Source of the DNA: Geopsychrobacteraceae bacterium
Lineage (GTDB): Bacteria > Desulfobacterota > Desulfuromonadia > Desulfuromonadales > Geopsychrobacteraceae
Assembly: GCA_963676795.2 (NCBI GenBank)
Contig: CAXXTB010000002.1
Span: forward strand, 1,280,001-1,344,000
Length of the DNA stretch: 64,000 nt
Direction of reading: 5' to 3'
Part shown: positions 12,788 through 23,811 of the stretch, one piece after another
How positions within the stretch are numbered: position 1 is the first letter of the stretch
Layout: the number at the start of each line of letters is the position of its first letter
Notes under the pieces: model-generated
What the model saw: the letters and a program-made list of their open reading frames with translations, nothing else
Told to the model about the DNA's origin: nothing
Databases searched by the model: none
Program-made: the position numbers and the translations under genes

Positions 12788-13504
12788 TCACAGGTTTTTG
12801 ATCTCTTGCCGGTTCGTGTTGTTGGTATTGTCATGGTTGCGGATATATTCAGTCGTTTTTTTTCTGAGCAGTTCTTCTGCGTCCAGGTTGCAGGCGCTGC
12901 TCAGGCGTACGATATTGAAGATCGTTTCGCTCAGAAATTCGCTTCCGGTTTCCCTGTCGTTTATCTGGTCGACATTGACGGTTGAGATCTGCTCTGCCAG
13001 GCTGGCAAGTAGCTGTGTGGCCGTTTTCTGCCCTTTCTCGATTTTCTGAATGGCTTTGGAGGCGCGTTTCAGGGCGGGCAATTGCCGACTGATGCGTTTT
13101 TCGAGACTCAGTCCGGGGTCTTTGGCGCTTTTTTCTGCCAGCTTGATTCTTTCCCAGCGCTCTTCGTGTCCGGTGCTGCTTGCTGTGCTGAAGACGTGGG
13201 GATGGCGGCGGATCATTTTTTCATTGATGGCATAAATGGCATCGGCGAAATTGAACTGGCCGTTTTCGGCAAAGATCTGTGAAAGAAAGACTGTCTGTAG
13301 CAGAACGTCGCCAATCTCATCACAGATCTGCAGCGGGTCCCCTTCATCTATTGCTTCGAGGAGTTCGTGGGCTTCTTCAAGGATAAAGCTTTTCAGGCTT
13401 TCGGCTGTCTGCTGGCGATCCCAGGGGCATCCTTCCGGGGAGCGCAGGGTCTTCATGATTTCTGTCAATCTGAGAATTTCTGTTGCTGTGTCGTGGCCTG
13501 ACAA
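12788..13504 (-). CDS. mazG: MazG family NTP pyrophosphohydrolase (C-terminal domain degenerate)
   Basis: LRSPEGCPWDRQQT, EEAHE, DEIGDVLLQ, KMIRRHPHVF. Confidence 0.88.
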   Translation of the reverse strand: MSGHDTATEILRLTEIMKTLRSPEGCPWDRQQTAESLKSFILEEAHELLEAIDEGDPLQICDEIGDVLLQTVFLSQIFAENGQFNFADAIYAINEKMIRRHPHVFSTASSTGHEERWERIKLAEKSAKDPGLSLEKRISRQLPALKRASKAIQKIEKGQKTATQLLASLAEQISTVNVDQINDRETGSEFLSETIFNIVRLSSACNLDAEELLRKKTTEYIRNHDNTNNTNRQEIKNL

Positions 13505-13671
13505 AATCGTCTCCTTGGCTGGATGTCGTTAATGATTCATGGATTTTTTCGTTATATTTGTGCTTAATAGGCAGTCTGAAACACGGAGTATGAAAAAACA
13601 AAAAAAATCTTGCAAAACGTCAATGGATGGGCTAGAAAAGTGCGCCATTCTGTGCTGTTGAGTCTTAGTGC

Positions 13672-13699
13672 TTGACATGGAGTGGCTGCTATCTATACT
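13672..13699 (+). promoter_or_regulatory. sigma70-type promoter for yceD-rpmF
   Basis: TTGACA-N16-TATACT. Confidence 0.55.
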
Positions 13700-13722
13700 G
13701 TCCCTTTCGCCTTGAGGGTAAT

Positions 13723-14268
13723 GTGCGACTTGAGTTGAAAGATATCAAGGGAGGAGTTCTTGAGCAAGAGTACTCTCTCTCTGTAGAGGAATTTCCTGAG
13801 CTTGCTGTTTTGGCAGAGAATGGTGCCGGGAACTATCTGGGCCTGCTTCATTTCACGCTTCGTCTGCAGCGGACCGGTAGGTTGGTAGAAGTTGACGGAC
13901 GGTTGCAGGCGACGGTTCAGCTTGAATGCGGGCGTTGTTTGTGTCGTTATCAGCAAGAGGTAGATGAGAGATTCTCTTTTACCTTTACTCCGGTTCTGGA
14001 GGAGGCTGCGGCCGATCAGGACGAGGTTGAGCTTGAAACTGACGAACTCGGACTGGTGCTTTATCAGGACGAAACTCTCGAACTTGGGCCCTGCCTGCAG
14101 GAGCAGGCCGTTATGGCATTGCCGGTTGCTCATGTGTGCAGTTCAGGTTGCAGGGGGCTTTGTCCGGAGTGTGGTGTCAATCTGAACGAAGGTTCCTGTG
14201 ATTGCAGCCCTAAGCCGTTTAATAACAAGTTTGGTGCTTTGGCTGGCTTGTTAAGTAATAAGTCGTAG
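13723..14268 (+). CDS. yceD: DUF177/YceD family protein
   Basis: ECGRCL and C...CRGLCPECGVNLNEGSCDC motifs; upstream of rpmF; GTG start inferred. Confidence 0.88.
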   Translation: MRLELKDIKGGVLEQEYSLSVEEFPELAVLAENGAGNYLGLLHFTLRLQRTGRLVEVDGRLQATVQLECGRCLCRYQQEVDERFSFTFTPVLEEAAADQDEVELETDELGLVLYQDETLELGPCLQEQAVMALPVAHVCSSGCRGLCPECGVNLNEGSCDCSPKPFNNKFGALAGLLSNKS

Positions 14269-14357
14269 TCGTAGTTAAGAAAATATTGATCACGAAACAG
14301 TGAATTGTATAGATTGTCGCAGTCTGTATGTGGCAATTCGTAACCGAGGAGATAATC

Positions 14358-14537
14358 ATGGCTGTACCAAAGAAAAAGACTTCCAAATCGAAAAAGAACA
14401 TGCGTCGTGCACACGACTTTCTGACTGCTCCGGGAATTTCAACCTGTCCTCAGTGTCAGGAGCCTAAGCAGCCACATCGTGTCTGTGAAAATTGTGGTAC
14501 ATACAAGGGTAAAGAAATTATCAGTAGCGAAGCCTGA
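14358..14537 (+). CDS. rpmF: 50S ribosomal protein L32
   Basis: [19 protein letters not shown]...CPQC...HRVCENCG. Confidence 0.97.
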   Translation: MAVPKKKTSKSKKNMRRAHDFLTAPGISTCPQCQEPKQPHRVCENCGTYKGKEIISSEA

Positions 14538-14562
14538 TCTGACCTGTCCCGATTGATCTGAT

Positions 14563-15549
14563 ATGTCTATAAAAATCGCAGTTGATGCCATGGGTGGCGA
14601 CAATATGCCGATGGCAGAAGTCGCTGGTGCGGTTGCCGCGTGTCGCGACTGGGGTTGTCATGTCATCCTGGTAGGGGATACCGATAGGATCAATGCCGAG
14701 CTGGTGAAGTATGATACGGCGGGCCTGAACCTTGAGATTCATCATGCCAGCGAAGTTGTTGGTATGCATGATGCTGCATCTGACGCCGTTCGTAAAAAGC
14801 GTGACTCCTCAATCCGGGTTGCCTTTGATCTGGTTAAGCAGGGTGTTGCAGCTGCGGTTGTCAGCGCGGGTAACTCTGGAGCGACCATGGCTGCCGGGGT
14901 AGCCGTGCTGGGCCGGGTCAAGGGCGTTGAGCGTCCTGCAATCGGGACTCTGTTGCCGAATGTTGCCGATCAGACAATGGTCCTCGATATGGGGGCCAAT
15001 GTCGACTGCAAACCCTCTCAGCTCTATCAGTTTGGCGTTATGGGAAGTATTTACGTCGAACATCTGGTTGGCAAGAAAAACCCTCGCGTCGGTCTGCTGT
15101 CGAACGGCGAAGAAGAGAAGAAGGGGAATGAACTGACCCGTGAAACTCACCTTCTGTTTAAGCAGTCCAGGCTGAACTATCTTGGCTACGTTGAGGGTGG
15201 TGATGTTTTTAACGGCAGGGTCGATGTTGTTGTCTGTGACGGCTTTGTAGGCAATGTTCTGCTCAAGGTTTCTGAAGGTTTGGCTATGGCCGTTTCTACG
15301 CTGCTCAAGCGTGAAATTGAAAGTCGGTTCTTGGCTAAGCTCGGCTATCTGCTGAGCCGTCCTGCTTTTAATGCCTTCAAGAAAAAGATTAATCCAGCCG
15401 ATTATGGTGGGGCTCTGCTGCTTGGGATTGCTGGAACTGGGATTGTCTGTCATGGAAGTTCCGATCCGAAAGCTATCAGTATTGCAATTCGCCAGGCTGG
15501 TGAGTATGCCAAGGTGCGGATTGAGGAAAAATTAGCAGCGCTGCTTTAA
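14563..15549 (+). CDS. plsX: Phosphate acyltransferase PlsX
   Basis: [27 protein letters not shown]. Confidence 0.96.
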   Translation: MSIKIAVDAMGGDNMPMAEVAGAVAACRDWGCHVILVGDTDRINAELVKYDTAGLNLEIHHASEVVGMHDAASDAVRKKRDSSIRVAFDLVKQGVAAAVVSAGNSGATMAAGVAVLGRVKGVERPAIGTLLPNVADQTMVLDMGANVDCKPSQLYQFGVMGSIYVEHLVGKKNPRVGLLSNGEEEKKGNELTRETHLLFKQSRLNYLGYVEGGDVFNGRVDVVVCDGFVGNVLLKVSEGLAMAVSTLLKREIESRFLAKLGYLLSRPAFNAFKKKINPADYGGALLLGIAGTGIVCHGSSDPKAISIAIRQAGEYAKVRIEEKLAALL

Positions 15550-15584
15550 GTCGGCTTTTAACGATTCGAAATATGGGAGATCGG

Positions 15585-16562
15585 ATGAAAGCACGTATTA
15601 TCGGTACGGGGTCATATTTGCCGGAACGGATTCTGACAAATCGTGATCTTGAAAAGATGGTCGACACAAATGATGAATGGATCGTCTCGCGTACCGGTAT
15701 CAGGGAACGGCGCATTGCTGCAGATCACGAGTGTACCTCGGATCTGGCCACAGCTGCGGCAAAACGCGCCCTGGATATGGCTGGTATCGATGCTGCCGAG
15801 ATCGACCTGATCGTTCTCGGGACGGTGACCGGCGATTATCCCTGGCCGGCGACTGCCTGTATTGTTCAGAACAACCTCGGTGCGGCCAATGCTTATGCCT
15901 ACGACCTGTCCGCTGCCTGCAGCGGCTTCCTTTACGCTCTCGCTTCAGCCAATGACTATATATTAAGCGGCCGTGGTAGGCGGGCACTGGTTATCGGTGC
16001 TGAGACCTTCAGTCGTATCGTCGACTGGACCGACCGGAATACCTGCGTTCTGTTTGGCGACGGGGCTGGTGCTGTTGTTCTGGAAGCTCAGGAGAGTGAA
16101 TCCGGTGTGTTGTCATGTCATATGCATTCCGATGGCAGTTACCTGAATCTTCTCTGTCAGCCAGGTTTCGGAACCAAGCACGTTCCGTCTGTTGCCGGTC
16201 TTGAAGAGCGTCTTCCTTACGTAAAAATGCAGGGTAATGAAGTTTTCAAAGTTGCGGTACGATCGTTGACGGATGTTTCGTTGGAGGCTTTGGCTGCGAA
16301 TCAGGTCACTGCGGCAGAGGTGAGTCAGTTTATTCCTCACCAGGCGAATCTCAGAATTCTTGAGGCAACGACACGACGTATCGGTCTGACTGAAGATCAG
16401 TGTTTCATCAATGTCGATAAGTATGGTAATACCTCTGGAGCGACAATACCCATCGCTCTGGATGAAGCGGTGCGAGGTGGCTTGATTGCACAGGGCGATC
16501 TGATTCTGACGGCTGCCTTCGGTGGTGGATTCACCTGGGGCTCGGCTCTGATTCGCTGGTAA
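15585..16562 (+). CDS. fabH: 3-oxoacyl-ACP synthase III
   Basis: AACSGF, PHQAN, GNTSGA catalytic triad. Confidence 0.96.
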   Translation: MKARIIGTGSYLPERILTNRDLEKMVDTNDEWIVSRTGIRERRIAADHECTSDLATAAAKRALDMAGIDAAEIDLIVLGTVTGDYPWPATACIVQNNLGAANAYAYDLSAACSGFLYALASANDYILSGRGRRALVIGAETFSRIVDWTDRNTCVLFGDGAGAVVLEAQESESGVLSCHMHSDGSYLNLLCQPGFGTKHVPSVAGLEERLPYVKMQGNEVFKVAVRSLTDVSLEALAANQVTAAEVSQFIPHQANLRILEATTRRIGLTEDQCFINVDKYGNTSGATIPIALDEAVRGGLIAQGDLILTAAFGGGFTWGSALIRW

Positions 16563-16592
16563 TAGTACTTATTTCCATACAGGATTGAAATT

Positions 16593-17513
16593 ATGATTGC
16601 ATTTGTATTTCCGGGACAGGGATCTCAATATTCCGGCATGGGCAAGGATCTTGCCGATCAATTTCCTGTAGCAAAGCAGGTTTTTGAAGAGGCGAACGAT
16701 GCGCTTGGTTTTGACCTGGCCCGGATGTGTTTCAGTGGTTCAGACGAGGATCTCAAGCTGACAGCGAATACCCAGCCGGCTATTCTGGCGACAAGCGTCG
16801 CTGCGCTGCGGGTCATGCAGCAGGAGACGGGTCTTGTCGCGAATTACGTCGCCGGTCATTCACTGGGGGAATATTCTGCGTTGGTAGCTGCTGGTGCCTT
16901 GACCTTGGCCGATGCGGTTAAGACAGTGCGTCAGCGTGGAACTTTCATGCAGGAGGCGGTGCCGGTTGGTGTCGGCGCCATGGCTGCCGTGATGGGGGTT
17001 GAGACCGATCTGCTGGTCAAAATCTGTCAGGATGCTGCCCAGGGTGAGGTTGTGGCTCCGGCAAATTTCAACAGTGCAGGTCAGATCGTTATTGCCGGTC
17101 ATGCCGCTGCTGTTGAGAGAGCTCTTGAACTGGTAAAAGAGCAGGGTGCCAAGCGTGCGCTGCTGTTACCTGTCAGCGCTCCTTTTCACAGCAGCTTGAT
17201 GAAGCCTGCTGCGCTCCGCCTTGAAACAGCTCTGCAAAGTGTAGCGGTGGCTGAGCTGGCCTGCCCGGTGGTCAGTAACGTTGAAGCGAAGCCGTATCAG
17301 GCTGCCGAGCGTGTCAAACCACTGCTGGTTGAGCAGGTCTGCGCTCCGGTTCAATGGATCCAGTCGGTAGAAGAAATGAACTCGCTGGGGGTCACTGAGT
17401 ATATCGAAATCGGTCCGGGCAAGGTACTTTGCGGGTTGATTAAACGGATTGCGCGTGACGCAATACTGAAAAATATGGAATCGGTCGACAGCCTGGCAAA
17501 ATTGACGGCCTGA
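16593..17513 (+). CDS. fabD: Malonyl-CoA:ACP transacylase
   Basis: FPGQGSQ, GHSLGEY, SAPFHS. Confidence 0.96.
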   Translation: MIAFVFPGQGSQYSGMGKDLADQFPVAKQVFEEANDALGFDLARMCFSGSDEDLKLTANTQPAILATSVAALRVMQQETGLVANYVAGHSLGEYSALVAAGALTLADAVKTVRQRGTFMQEAVPVGVGAMAAVMGVETDLLVKICQDAAQGEVVAPANFNSAGQIVIAGHAAAVERALELVKEQGAKRALLLPVSAPFHSSLMKPAALRLETALQSVAVAELACPVVSNVEAKPYQAAERVKPLLVEQVCAPVQWIQSVEEMNSLGVTEYIEIGPGKVLCGLIKRIARDAILKNMESVDSLAKLTA

Positions 17514-17555
17514 TCGATCTTCCAATAATTATTTGTTCTTTACTGGAGATAACTG

Positions 17556-18296
17556 ATGATGGTTCAGGATAAAGTTGCCGTTATTACAGGCGCTTCACGC
17601 GGTATCGGCCGTGGCATCGCCCTGACTCTGGCTGCACAGGGAGCAAAAGTCGTAGCTGTCGGTACCAATCTTGACGCGACAGAGTCTGTTGTCGCCGAGA
17701 TCAAAGCTGCCGGAGGAGAAGCGATTCCCGTTCAGGCAAACGTGACCTTGTCTGAGGATGTTGATAAGATCTTCACTGCGGCTAAGGATGCTTTTGGTCG
17801 TGTTGACATCCTGGTCAACAATGCCGGTATCACCTGCGATGGGCTGTTGCTGCGTATGAAGGATGCTGATTGGGATTCGGTGCTGGACGTTAACCTCAAG
17901 GGTGCTTTTCTCTGTACTCGCGCTGTGTCCAAATTGATGACCCGGCAGCGTTCCGGCCGGATTATCAATATCTCTTCTGTCGTCGGCCAGATGGGTAACC
18001 CCGGCCAGGCAAACTACTGTGCTAGCAAGGCGGGGCTGATTGGTCTGACCATGTCGAATGCACGCGAACTGGCCAAGCGTAATATTACCGTGAACGCTGT
18101 TGCTCCTGGCTTTATTGCTACTGACATGACGGATGCTCTGTCGGAAGATAAGCGTCAGGAGTTGGCTCAACAGATTCCTTTGGAAAGGCTCGGTTCAGTT
18201 GCCGATATCGCCAACGCCGTGCTTTTCTTCGCCTCTGATCAGGCCGGTTATGTCACCGGGCAGGTCCTGGGCGTCAACGGCGGAATGTACATGTAA
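17556..18296 (+). CDS. fabG: 3-oxoacyl-ACP reductase
   Basis: TGASRGIG, NNAG, YCASK, NAVAPGFI. Confidence 0.95.
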   Translation: MMVQDKVAVITGASRGIGRGIALTLAAQGAKVVAVGTNLDATESVVAEIKAAGGEAIPVQANVTLSEDVDKIFTAAKDAFGRVDILVNNAGITCDGLLLRMKDADWDSVLDVNLKGAFLCTRAVSKLMTRQRSGRIINISSVVGQMGNPGQANYCASKAGLIGLTMSNARELAKRNITVNAVAPGFIATDMTDALSEDKRQELAQQIPLERLGSVADIANAVLFFASDQAGYVTGQVLGVNGGMYM

Positions 18297-18358
18297 CTTA
18301 AAAAAAACAAAAACTGAATGCGGCATATTGCCCGGATAACCACACGAGGAGGAATTAA

Positions 18359-18592
18359 ATGGCTTCTATTGATGAAAGAGTAAAGCAGATCGTTGCAGAG
18401 CAGCTGGGTGTTGACGAGGATCAGGTCACCGAAGACGCTTCTTTTATGGATGATCTTGGTGCTGACTCTCTGGATACCGTTGAACTGGTTATGGCTCTTG
18501 AGGAAGAGTTCGACATCGAAATTTCCGATGAAGACGCTGAAAAGATCCAGACCGTTAAAGACGCTATTGATTACATCGGCAAGCTTTCTTAA
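18359..18592 (+). CDS. acpP: Acyl carrier protein
   Basis: [11 protein letters not shown] phosphopantetheine site. Confidence 0.97.
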   Translation: MASIDERVKQIVAEQLGVDEDQVTEDASFMDDLGADSLDTVELVMALEEEFDIEISDEDAEKIQTVKDAIDYIGKLS

Positions 18593-18597
18593 TACGG

Positions 18598-18629
18598 TAA
18601 CGGTGGTACTCTCAGGAGTACCACCGTTA
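18598..18629 (+). terminator. Strong hairpin after acpP (partial terminator or mRNA stabiliser)
   Basis: TAACGGTGGTACTC-TCAG-GAGTACCACCGTTA, perfect 14-bp stem with a weak U tract. Confidence 0.55.
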
Positions 18630-18687
18630 ACTTGTTGATTTAAAGTACATCGCCGCAAAAATCGTTAATTCAATCGTCGAAGAGAGA

Positions 18688-19926
18688 TTGTCTATGCGCA
18701 GAGTTGTCGTTACCGGCCTTGGTGTTGTCTCCCCTCTGGGAGTCGGTGTTGAAAATAACTGGCAGGCATTAACCAGCGGAAAGTCGGGCATCGATAAAAT
18801 CAGTCGCTTTGATGCGTCGGAATTACCGACCCAGATTGCCGCTGAAGTCAAAGATTTTAATGCTGAGGACTTTATTGAGAAGAAAGAGATCAAAAAGATG
18901 GATCTCTTCATCCAGTATGGTGTTGCAGCAGCAGAAATGGCCTACCAGGATTCCGGGCTGCAGATTACCGAAGAGAATGCGGAGCGGGTCGGCGTTGCCG
19001 TCGGCTCCGGTCTCGGTGGGCTGCCGGCTATCGAGGAGTATCACAAGGTGATGCTCGATCGCGGTTATAAACGGGTTTCGCCATTCTTCATCCCGATGGT
19101 CATTATCAACCTGGTGCCAGGACAGATTTCCATGCGTTTTGGTGCAAAAGGGCCGAATGTCTCTACTGTAACCGCCTGTGCTTCGGGAACTCACTCGATC
19201 GGCGACGCCTATCATATGGTTGCGCGGGGCGATGCGGACGTCATGTTTGCCGGTGGCGCTGAATCGACCATTACTCCGCTTGGAATCGCTGGCTTCAATG
19301 TCATGAAGGCCTTGTCGACCCGTAATGACGATCCGCAGGCATCGAGCCGTCCTTTCGAGAAAAACCGTGACGGTTTTATCATGGCCGAAGGCTCTGGCGT
19401 GCTGATTCTCGAAGAATACGAGCATGCGGTCAAGCGTGGCGCAAAAATCTACTGTGAACTTGCCGGCTATGGCCTGTCCAGTGATGCTCATCACCTGACT
19501 CAGCCTGCTCCGGGCGGCGAGGGCGCTTCCCGCTGCATCAAGATGGCTCTCAAGAATGCCGCCATGAACCCTGAAGACGTCGGCTATATCAACGCTCATG
19601 GTACCTCGACATATTTCAACGACATGTATGAAACCATGGCAATCAAGACTGTTTTCGGAGACCACGCCTACAAATTGATGGTCAGTTCGACCAAGAGTAT
19701 GACTGGTCATGCCCTTGGCGCTGCTGGTGGGCTTGAGGCGGTCTTCTCTGCCTTGGCGATTGACCGTGGGGTTATCCCGCCGACGATCAATTACGAGGAG
19801 CCCGATCCTGAATGTGATCTTGACTATGTCCCGAATGCCGCGCGTGAAGCCAAGGTTGATGTCGTCATGTCAAACTCCTTCGGTTTCGGTGGCACCAACG
19901 CGTCGCTGGTTTTCAAGAGAGTCTAA
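18688..19926 (+). CDS. fabF: 3-oxoacyl-ACP synthase II
   Basis: [38 protein letters not shown]; start may be 18694. Confidence 0.96.
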   Translation: MSMRRVVVTGLGVVSPLGVGVENNWQALTSGKSGIDKISRFDASELPTQIAAEVKDFNAEDFIEKKEIKKMDLFIQYGVAAAEMAYQDSGLQITEENAERVGVAVGSGLGGLPAIEEYHKVMLDRGYKRVSPFFIPMVIINLVPGQISMRFGAKGPNVSTVTACASGTHSIGDAYHMVARGDADVMFAGGAESTITPLGIAGFNVMKALSTRNDDPQASSRPFEKNRDGFIMAEGSGVLILEEYEHAVKRGAKIYCELAGYGLSSDAHHLTQPAPGGEGASRCIKMALKNAAMNPEDVGYINAHGTSTYFNDMYETMAIKTVFGDHAYKLMVSSTKSMTGHALGAAGGLEAVFSALAIDRGVIPPTINYEEPDPECDLDYVPNAAREAKVDVVMSNSFGFGGTNASLVFKRV

Positions 19927-19936
19927 GAGGTTGGGT

Positions 19937-20380
19937 ATGATAGCAGTTGCCAGTGATCACGGTGGTCTGGAATTGAAAAACGCAGTTGTTGAGCTGCTAC
20001 GTCTGCGTGGCGTCGAATGTGCCGATTATGGGACTGAGGATGCGACTTCGGTTGATTATCCCGATTTTGCTCTCAAGGTTGCCAAGGACGTTTCTGCCGG
20101 TCAGATTGAGCAGGGGATTCTGATTTGTGGAACCGGTATCGGCATGTCGATTGCGGCCAATAAGTTTCCGCATGTCCGCGCTGCACTGGTTCACGACGAA
20201 TTTACCGCGCAGATGGCCCGTGAGCACAACAATGCCAATATCCTGGTCATGGGGGGGCGAATCCTCTCTGTTGAACAGGGGAAAAAGCTGGTCGAAGTCT
20301 GGCTCGATAGCAGTTTTGCGGGCGGTCGCCATCAGAACCGCCTGGACAAGATCGAGCTGATCGAAAAATCACTCGCTTAA
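19937..20380 (+). CDS. rpiB: Ribose 5-phosphate isomerase B
   Basis: ASDHGG, ICGTGIGMSIAANK, REHNNAN, GGRHQNR. Confidence 0.95.
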   Translation: MIAVASDHGGLELKNAVVELLRLRGVECADYGTEDATSVDYPDFALKVAKDVSAGQIEQGILICGTGIGMSIAANKFPHVRAALVHDEFTAQMAREHNNANILVMGGRILSVEQGKKLVEVWLDSSFAGGRHQNRLDKIELIEKSLA

Positions 20381-20454
20381 ACAGGTTAAACGGACGGGGC
20401 GAAGCAGCCCCGTTTTTCATATGACTGGTTAGTCGCAAGTCACAGGAGGACCCC

Positions 20455-21708
20455 ATGGCAGAAAGTTATCTTACTTCTTTTGATCCTGAACTGGCTCAGG
20501 TTATCGTTAAAGAGACCGAGCGGCAGGAATATAATCTCGAATTTATCGCTTCTGAGAACTTTGTCAGTGAGGCCGTGCTTGAAGCGCAGGGTTCTGTCCT
20601 GACAAACAAATACGCAGAAGGCTATCCGTCAAAACGCTACTACGGTGGTTGCGAGTTTGTTGACATTGCCGAGGATCTGGCGATCAGCAGGGCCAAGGAA
20701 CTGTTCGGTGCCGAGCATGTCAATGTTCAGCCACACTCCGGTTCTCAGGCCAATATGGCTGTCTATATGGCGGTCTGCAACCCTGGAGATACCGTACTGG
20801 GGATGAACCTGGCGCATGGTGGTCACCTGACCCATGGCTCCCCGGTTAATTTCTCCGGCAAGCTGTACAATATTGTTCCCTATGGCCTCGATCCGGAAAC
20901 CCAGCGCATTGACTATGCCGAGGTCGAGCGTCTGGCTCGGGAGCACAAGCCGAAGATGATCGTCGTCGGTGCCAGCGCCTATCCGCGTGAAATCGATTTT
21001 GCGGCTTTCCGTAGAATTGCCGACTCTGTGGGTGCGGTTGTCATGGTCGATATGGCTCACATTGCCGGACTTGTCGCTGCAGGTGTGCATCCTAACCCGG
21101 TTCCTTATGCCGAGTTTGTCACCACTACAACCCATAAGACCTTGCGTGGGCCACGTGGTGGTATGATCATGTGTACCGAGGAGTGGGGCAAGAAGCTCAA
21201 CAGCAATATCTTCCCGGGCATTCAGGGTGGACCGCTGATGCATGTTATCGCCGCTAAAGCGGTCGCATTTAAAGAGGCCTTGAGCCCTGAGTTCAAGACC
21301 TATGCCGAGCAGGTTGTCAAGAATGCCCAGGCTCTGGCCAAAGGGCTGGTCGACAGGGGCTATAAGCTGGTTTCCGGTGGGACTGACAATCACCTGATGC
21401 TGCTTGACTTTACCGGTACTGAGATCACTGGTAAGGACGCCGAAAAGGCTCTTGAGGATGCTGGAATCACCGTCAACAAGAACGCTGTTCCTTTCGATAC
21501 CCGTTCCCCTTTTGTCACCAGTGGTATCCGTATCGGTACACCGGCGACCACCAGTCGTGGCTTGAAAGAAGCCGAAATGCTCCAGGTCGCCGGCTGGATC
21601 GACCGTGCTCTGAAAAATATCGGCAACGACGCAGAGCTTGCTCAAATCCGTGCTGAAGTCAAGGAACTGTGCAAGAAGTTCCCGCTTTATGCCCATCGCC
21701 TGAAGTAA
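20455..21708 (+). CDS. glyA: Serine hydroxymethyltransferase
   Basis: [19 protein letters not shown]. Confidence 0.97.
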   Translation: MAESYLTSFDPELAQVIVKETERQEYNLEFIASENFVSEAVLEAQGSVLTNKYAEGYPSKRYYGGCEFVDIAEDLAISRAKELFGAEHVNVQPHSGSQANMAVYMAVCNPGDTVLGMNLAHGGHLTHGSPVNFSGKLYNIVPYGLDPETQRIDYAEVERLAREHKPKMIVVGASAYPREIDFAAFRRIADSVGAVVMVDMAHIAGLVAAGVHPNPVPYAEFVTTTTHKTLRGPRGGMIMCTEEWGKKLNSNIFPGIQGGPLMHVIAAKAVAFKEALSPEFKTYAEQVVKNAQALAKGLVDRGYKLVSGGTDNHLMLLDFTGTEITGKDAEKALEDAGITVNKNAVPFDTRSPFVTSGIRIGTPATTSRGLKEAEMLQVAGWIDRALKNIGNDAELAQIRAEVKELCKKFPLYAHRLK

Positions 21709-21713
21709 TACAG

Positions 21714-22172
21714 ATGCAGCGCCCGAGCTGGGATGAATATTTCATGCAGATCACGGCGCATGTGGCCAGTCGCTCGACCTGTCTGAGAAGGCAGGTCGGA
21801 GCTCTGCTGGTCAAGGATCGCTGTATCCTGGCCACGGGCTATAATGGCGTTCCAAGCGGAATTACTCACTGCGACGTGACCGGTTGTCTGCGCGAACAGA
21901 TGCAGGTCCCTTCGGGGGAGCGGCATGAATTGTGCCGTGGTCTTCACGCTGAGCAGAACGCCATCATCCAGGCGGCCAGACACGGTGTGAATATTGCCGG
22001 TGCAACGCTCTACTGTACAGATTCTCCCTGTATCATCTGTTCCAAGATGCTGATCAATGCGGGGGTTGAAGAGGTTATCTACGGCCGAGGTTACCCGGAT
22101 CAATTGTCGCTTGAGATGCTTGGCGAAGCGGGGATAAGATTTCACCAATTTTCCGGGACATCTGCGCTATGA
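21714..22172 (+). CDS. dCMP deaminase family protein (ComEB-like)
   Basis: [20 protein letters not shown]. Confidence 0.9.
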   Translation: MQRPSWDEYFMQITAHVASRSTCLRRQVGALLVKDRCILATGYNGVPSGITHCDVTGCLREQMQVPSGERHELCRGLHAEQNAIIQAARHGVNIAGATLYCTDSPCIICSKMLINAGVEEVIYGRGYPDQLSLEMLGEAGIRFHQFSGTSAL

Positions 22173-22627
22173 ACTGCCCTTTCTGCGGATTCGCCGACAC
22201 CCGGGTCGTCGATTCACGGCTTGGCAAGGAGGGGAACAATGTCCGCCGGCGACGTGAATGCCCCGGCTGCGGACGGCGTTTTACCACTTATGAGCGGGTC
22301 GAGGAGATCCTGCCCTGGGTGATCAAGAAGGACGGCCGACGCGAACCCTTTGATCGCAACAAGATCATTTCCGGCATGCAGCGCGCGTGCGAAAAGCGTC
22401 CCATCTCCGTGGAGCAGATCGAAGAGATGGTCGATCAGCTTGAGAGGCGTTTTCAGGAATGCGGGGACAAGGAGATTGCTGCAAGCCTGATTGGTGAGGC
22501 GGTCATGGACACGCTGCATCAGGCGGATGAGGTTGCCTATGTCCGCTTTGCCTCGGTCTACCGCCAATTCAAGGATATCAATGAATTTATGTCAGAATTG
22601 AATGATCTCCTGAAAAAATCGAATTGA
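22169..22627 (+). CDS. nrdR: Transcriptional repressor NrdR
   Basis: CPFCG...RRRREC..CG.RFTTYE and ATP-cone, AYVRFASVY. Confidence 0.96.
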   Translation: MNCPFCGFADTRVVDSRLGKEGNNVRRRRECPGCGRRFTTYERVEEILPWVIKKDGRREPFDRNKIISGMQRACEKRPISVEQIEEMVDQLERRFQECGDKEIAASLIGEAVMDTLHQADEVAYVRFASVYRQFKDINEFMSELNDLLKKSN

Positions 22628-22698
22628 GTGGTAAATCTTGAGACACCCGGCCGGAATTTCTGTTAAGTTATTTCGGTTTTCTTATTTTAGGGATCACG

Positions 22699-23811
22699 AT
22701 GCAGCATGCTCACGAGACATATATGCGCTGGGCCTTGGCCCTTGCAGAGAAGGGGGTCGGCAGGACAGCGCCGAACCCGCCGGTTGGTGCTGTTATTGTC
22801 AAGGATGGCGAGATCGTCGGTGAGGGCTATCACCCGCGTGCCGGTGAACCCCATGCCGAGGTTTTTGCCCTCAGGCAGGCTGCTGACAAAGCGCGCGGGG
22901 CCAGTATCTATGTGACCCTTGAGCCCTGCAGCCACTTCGGCAAGACGCCACCCTGTGCCGATGCCCTGATTGCGGCAGGGGTTAAAGAGGTCTTTGTCGG
23001 GGTTGTCGACCCGAATCCGCAGGTTTCTGGGCGCGGCATTGCGCGTTTGCGTGCTGCCGGGATCGTGGTTCATACCGATTTGCTCCATAGAGAATGCGAT
23101 GCGCTACTCGCTGCTTTCCGCAAGCAGATCGAGACCGGTCTTCCCTATACGATATACAAGTCGGCAATGACCTGCGACGGCAATATTGCCACAGAATCGG
23201 GCGACTCGAGGTGGGTGTCAGGTGAAAAAAGCCGTCAGCGCGTCCATCGCCTGCGAGATCGCGTCGAAGCCATTATGGTCGGCAGCGAGACCGTTCTCAA
23301 GGATAATCCGTTGCTCAACACCAGGCTGCCTGAGGGGGACGGCCGAGATCCGCTGCGCGTCGTCGTTGATGGCAGGCTGCGTATCGATCCTGGTTGTCGC
23401 ATGCTGAATCAGCAGTCAGCTGCGGATACTTTGGTTGCGACCGTTTCGTCCGATCGGCAAAAAATAGCGGCTCTGGAAGCTGCCGGTGCTGAGGTGCTGC
23501 AGTTTGCGGCTGTCGATGGCCGTGTGCCGCTGATGGAGTTGTGGCGCGAACTGGGGCGCAGGAATGTTCAGCGCCTGCTGCTTGAAGGTGGTGCCGGTCT
23601 GGCTAGTGCCTCTTTTGCTGCAGGGCTGATTGATCAGGTGATGATCTTTGTCGCCCCTAAACTTCTGGTCGGGCGCAGCTCCTATGGCATCTTTGCGGGA
23701 CAGGGTTGTGCTAAAATGGCAGAGGCGGTAGAACTTCAGGATGTCACATACGAACAGGTCGATTCCGATCTGTTGATCACTGGGAATATTGCTCGATGTT
23801 TACAGGTTTGA
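22699..23811 (+). CDS. ribD: Riboflavin biosynthesis deaminase/reductase RibD
   Basis: PNPPVG, HAE, TLEPCSH...PPC, EGG. Confidence 0.96.
   Translation: MQHAHETYMRWALALAEKGVGRTAPNPPVGAVIVKDGEIVGEGYHPRAGEPHAEVFALRQAADKARGASIYVTLEPCSHFGKTPPCADALIAAGVKEVFVGVVDPNPQVSGRGIARLRAAGIVVHTDLLHRECDALLAAFRKQIETGLPYTIYKSAMTCDGNIATESGDSRWVSGEKSRQRVHRLRDRVEAIMVGSETVLKDNPLLNTRLPEGDGRDPLRVVVDGRLRIDPGCRMLNQQSAADTLVATVSSDRQKIAALEAAGAEVLQFAAVDGRVPLMELWRELGRRNVQRLLLEGGAGLASASFAAGLIDQVMIFVAPKLLVGRSSYGIFAGQGCAKMAEAVELQDVTYEQVDSDLLITGNIARCLQV

Noticed and set aside
12740..12795. DnaA-box-like words (TTTCCACA, TGTGGAT, TTTTCACA)
   Set aside because: All are mismatched to TTATCCACA, few in number, and lack oriC context
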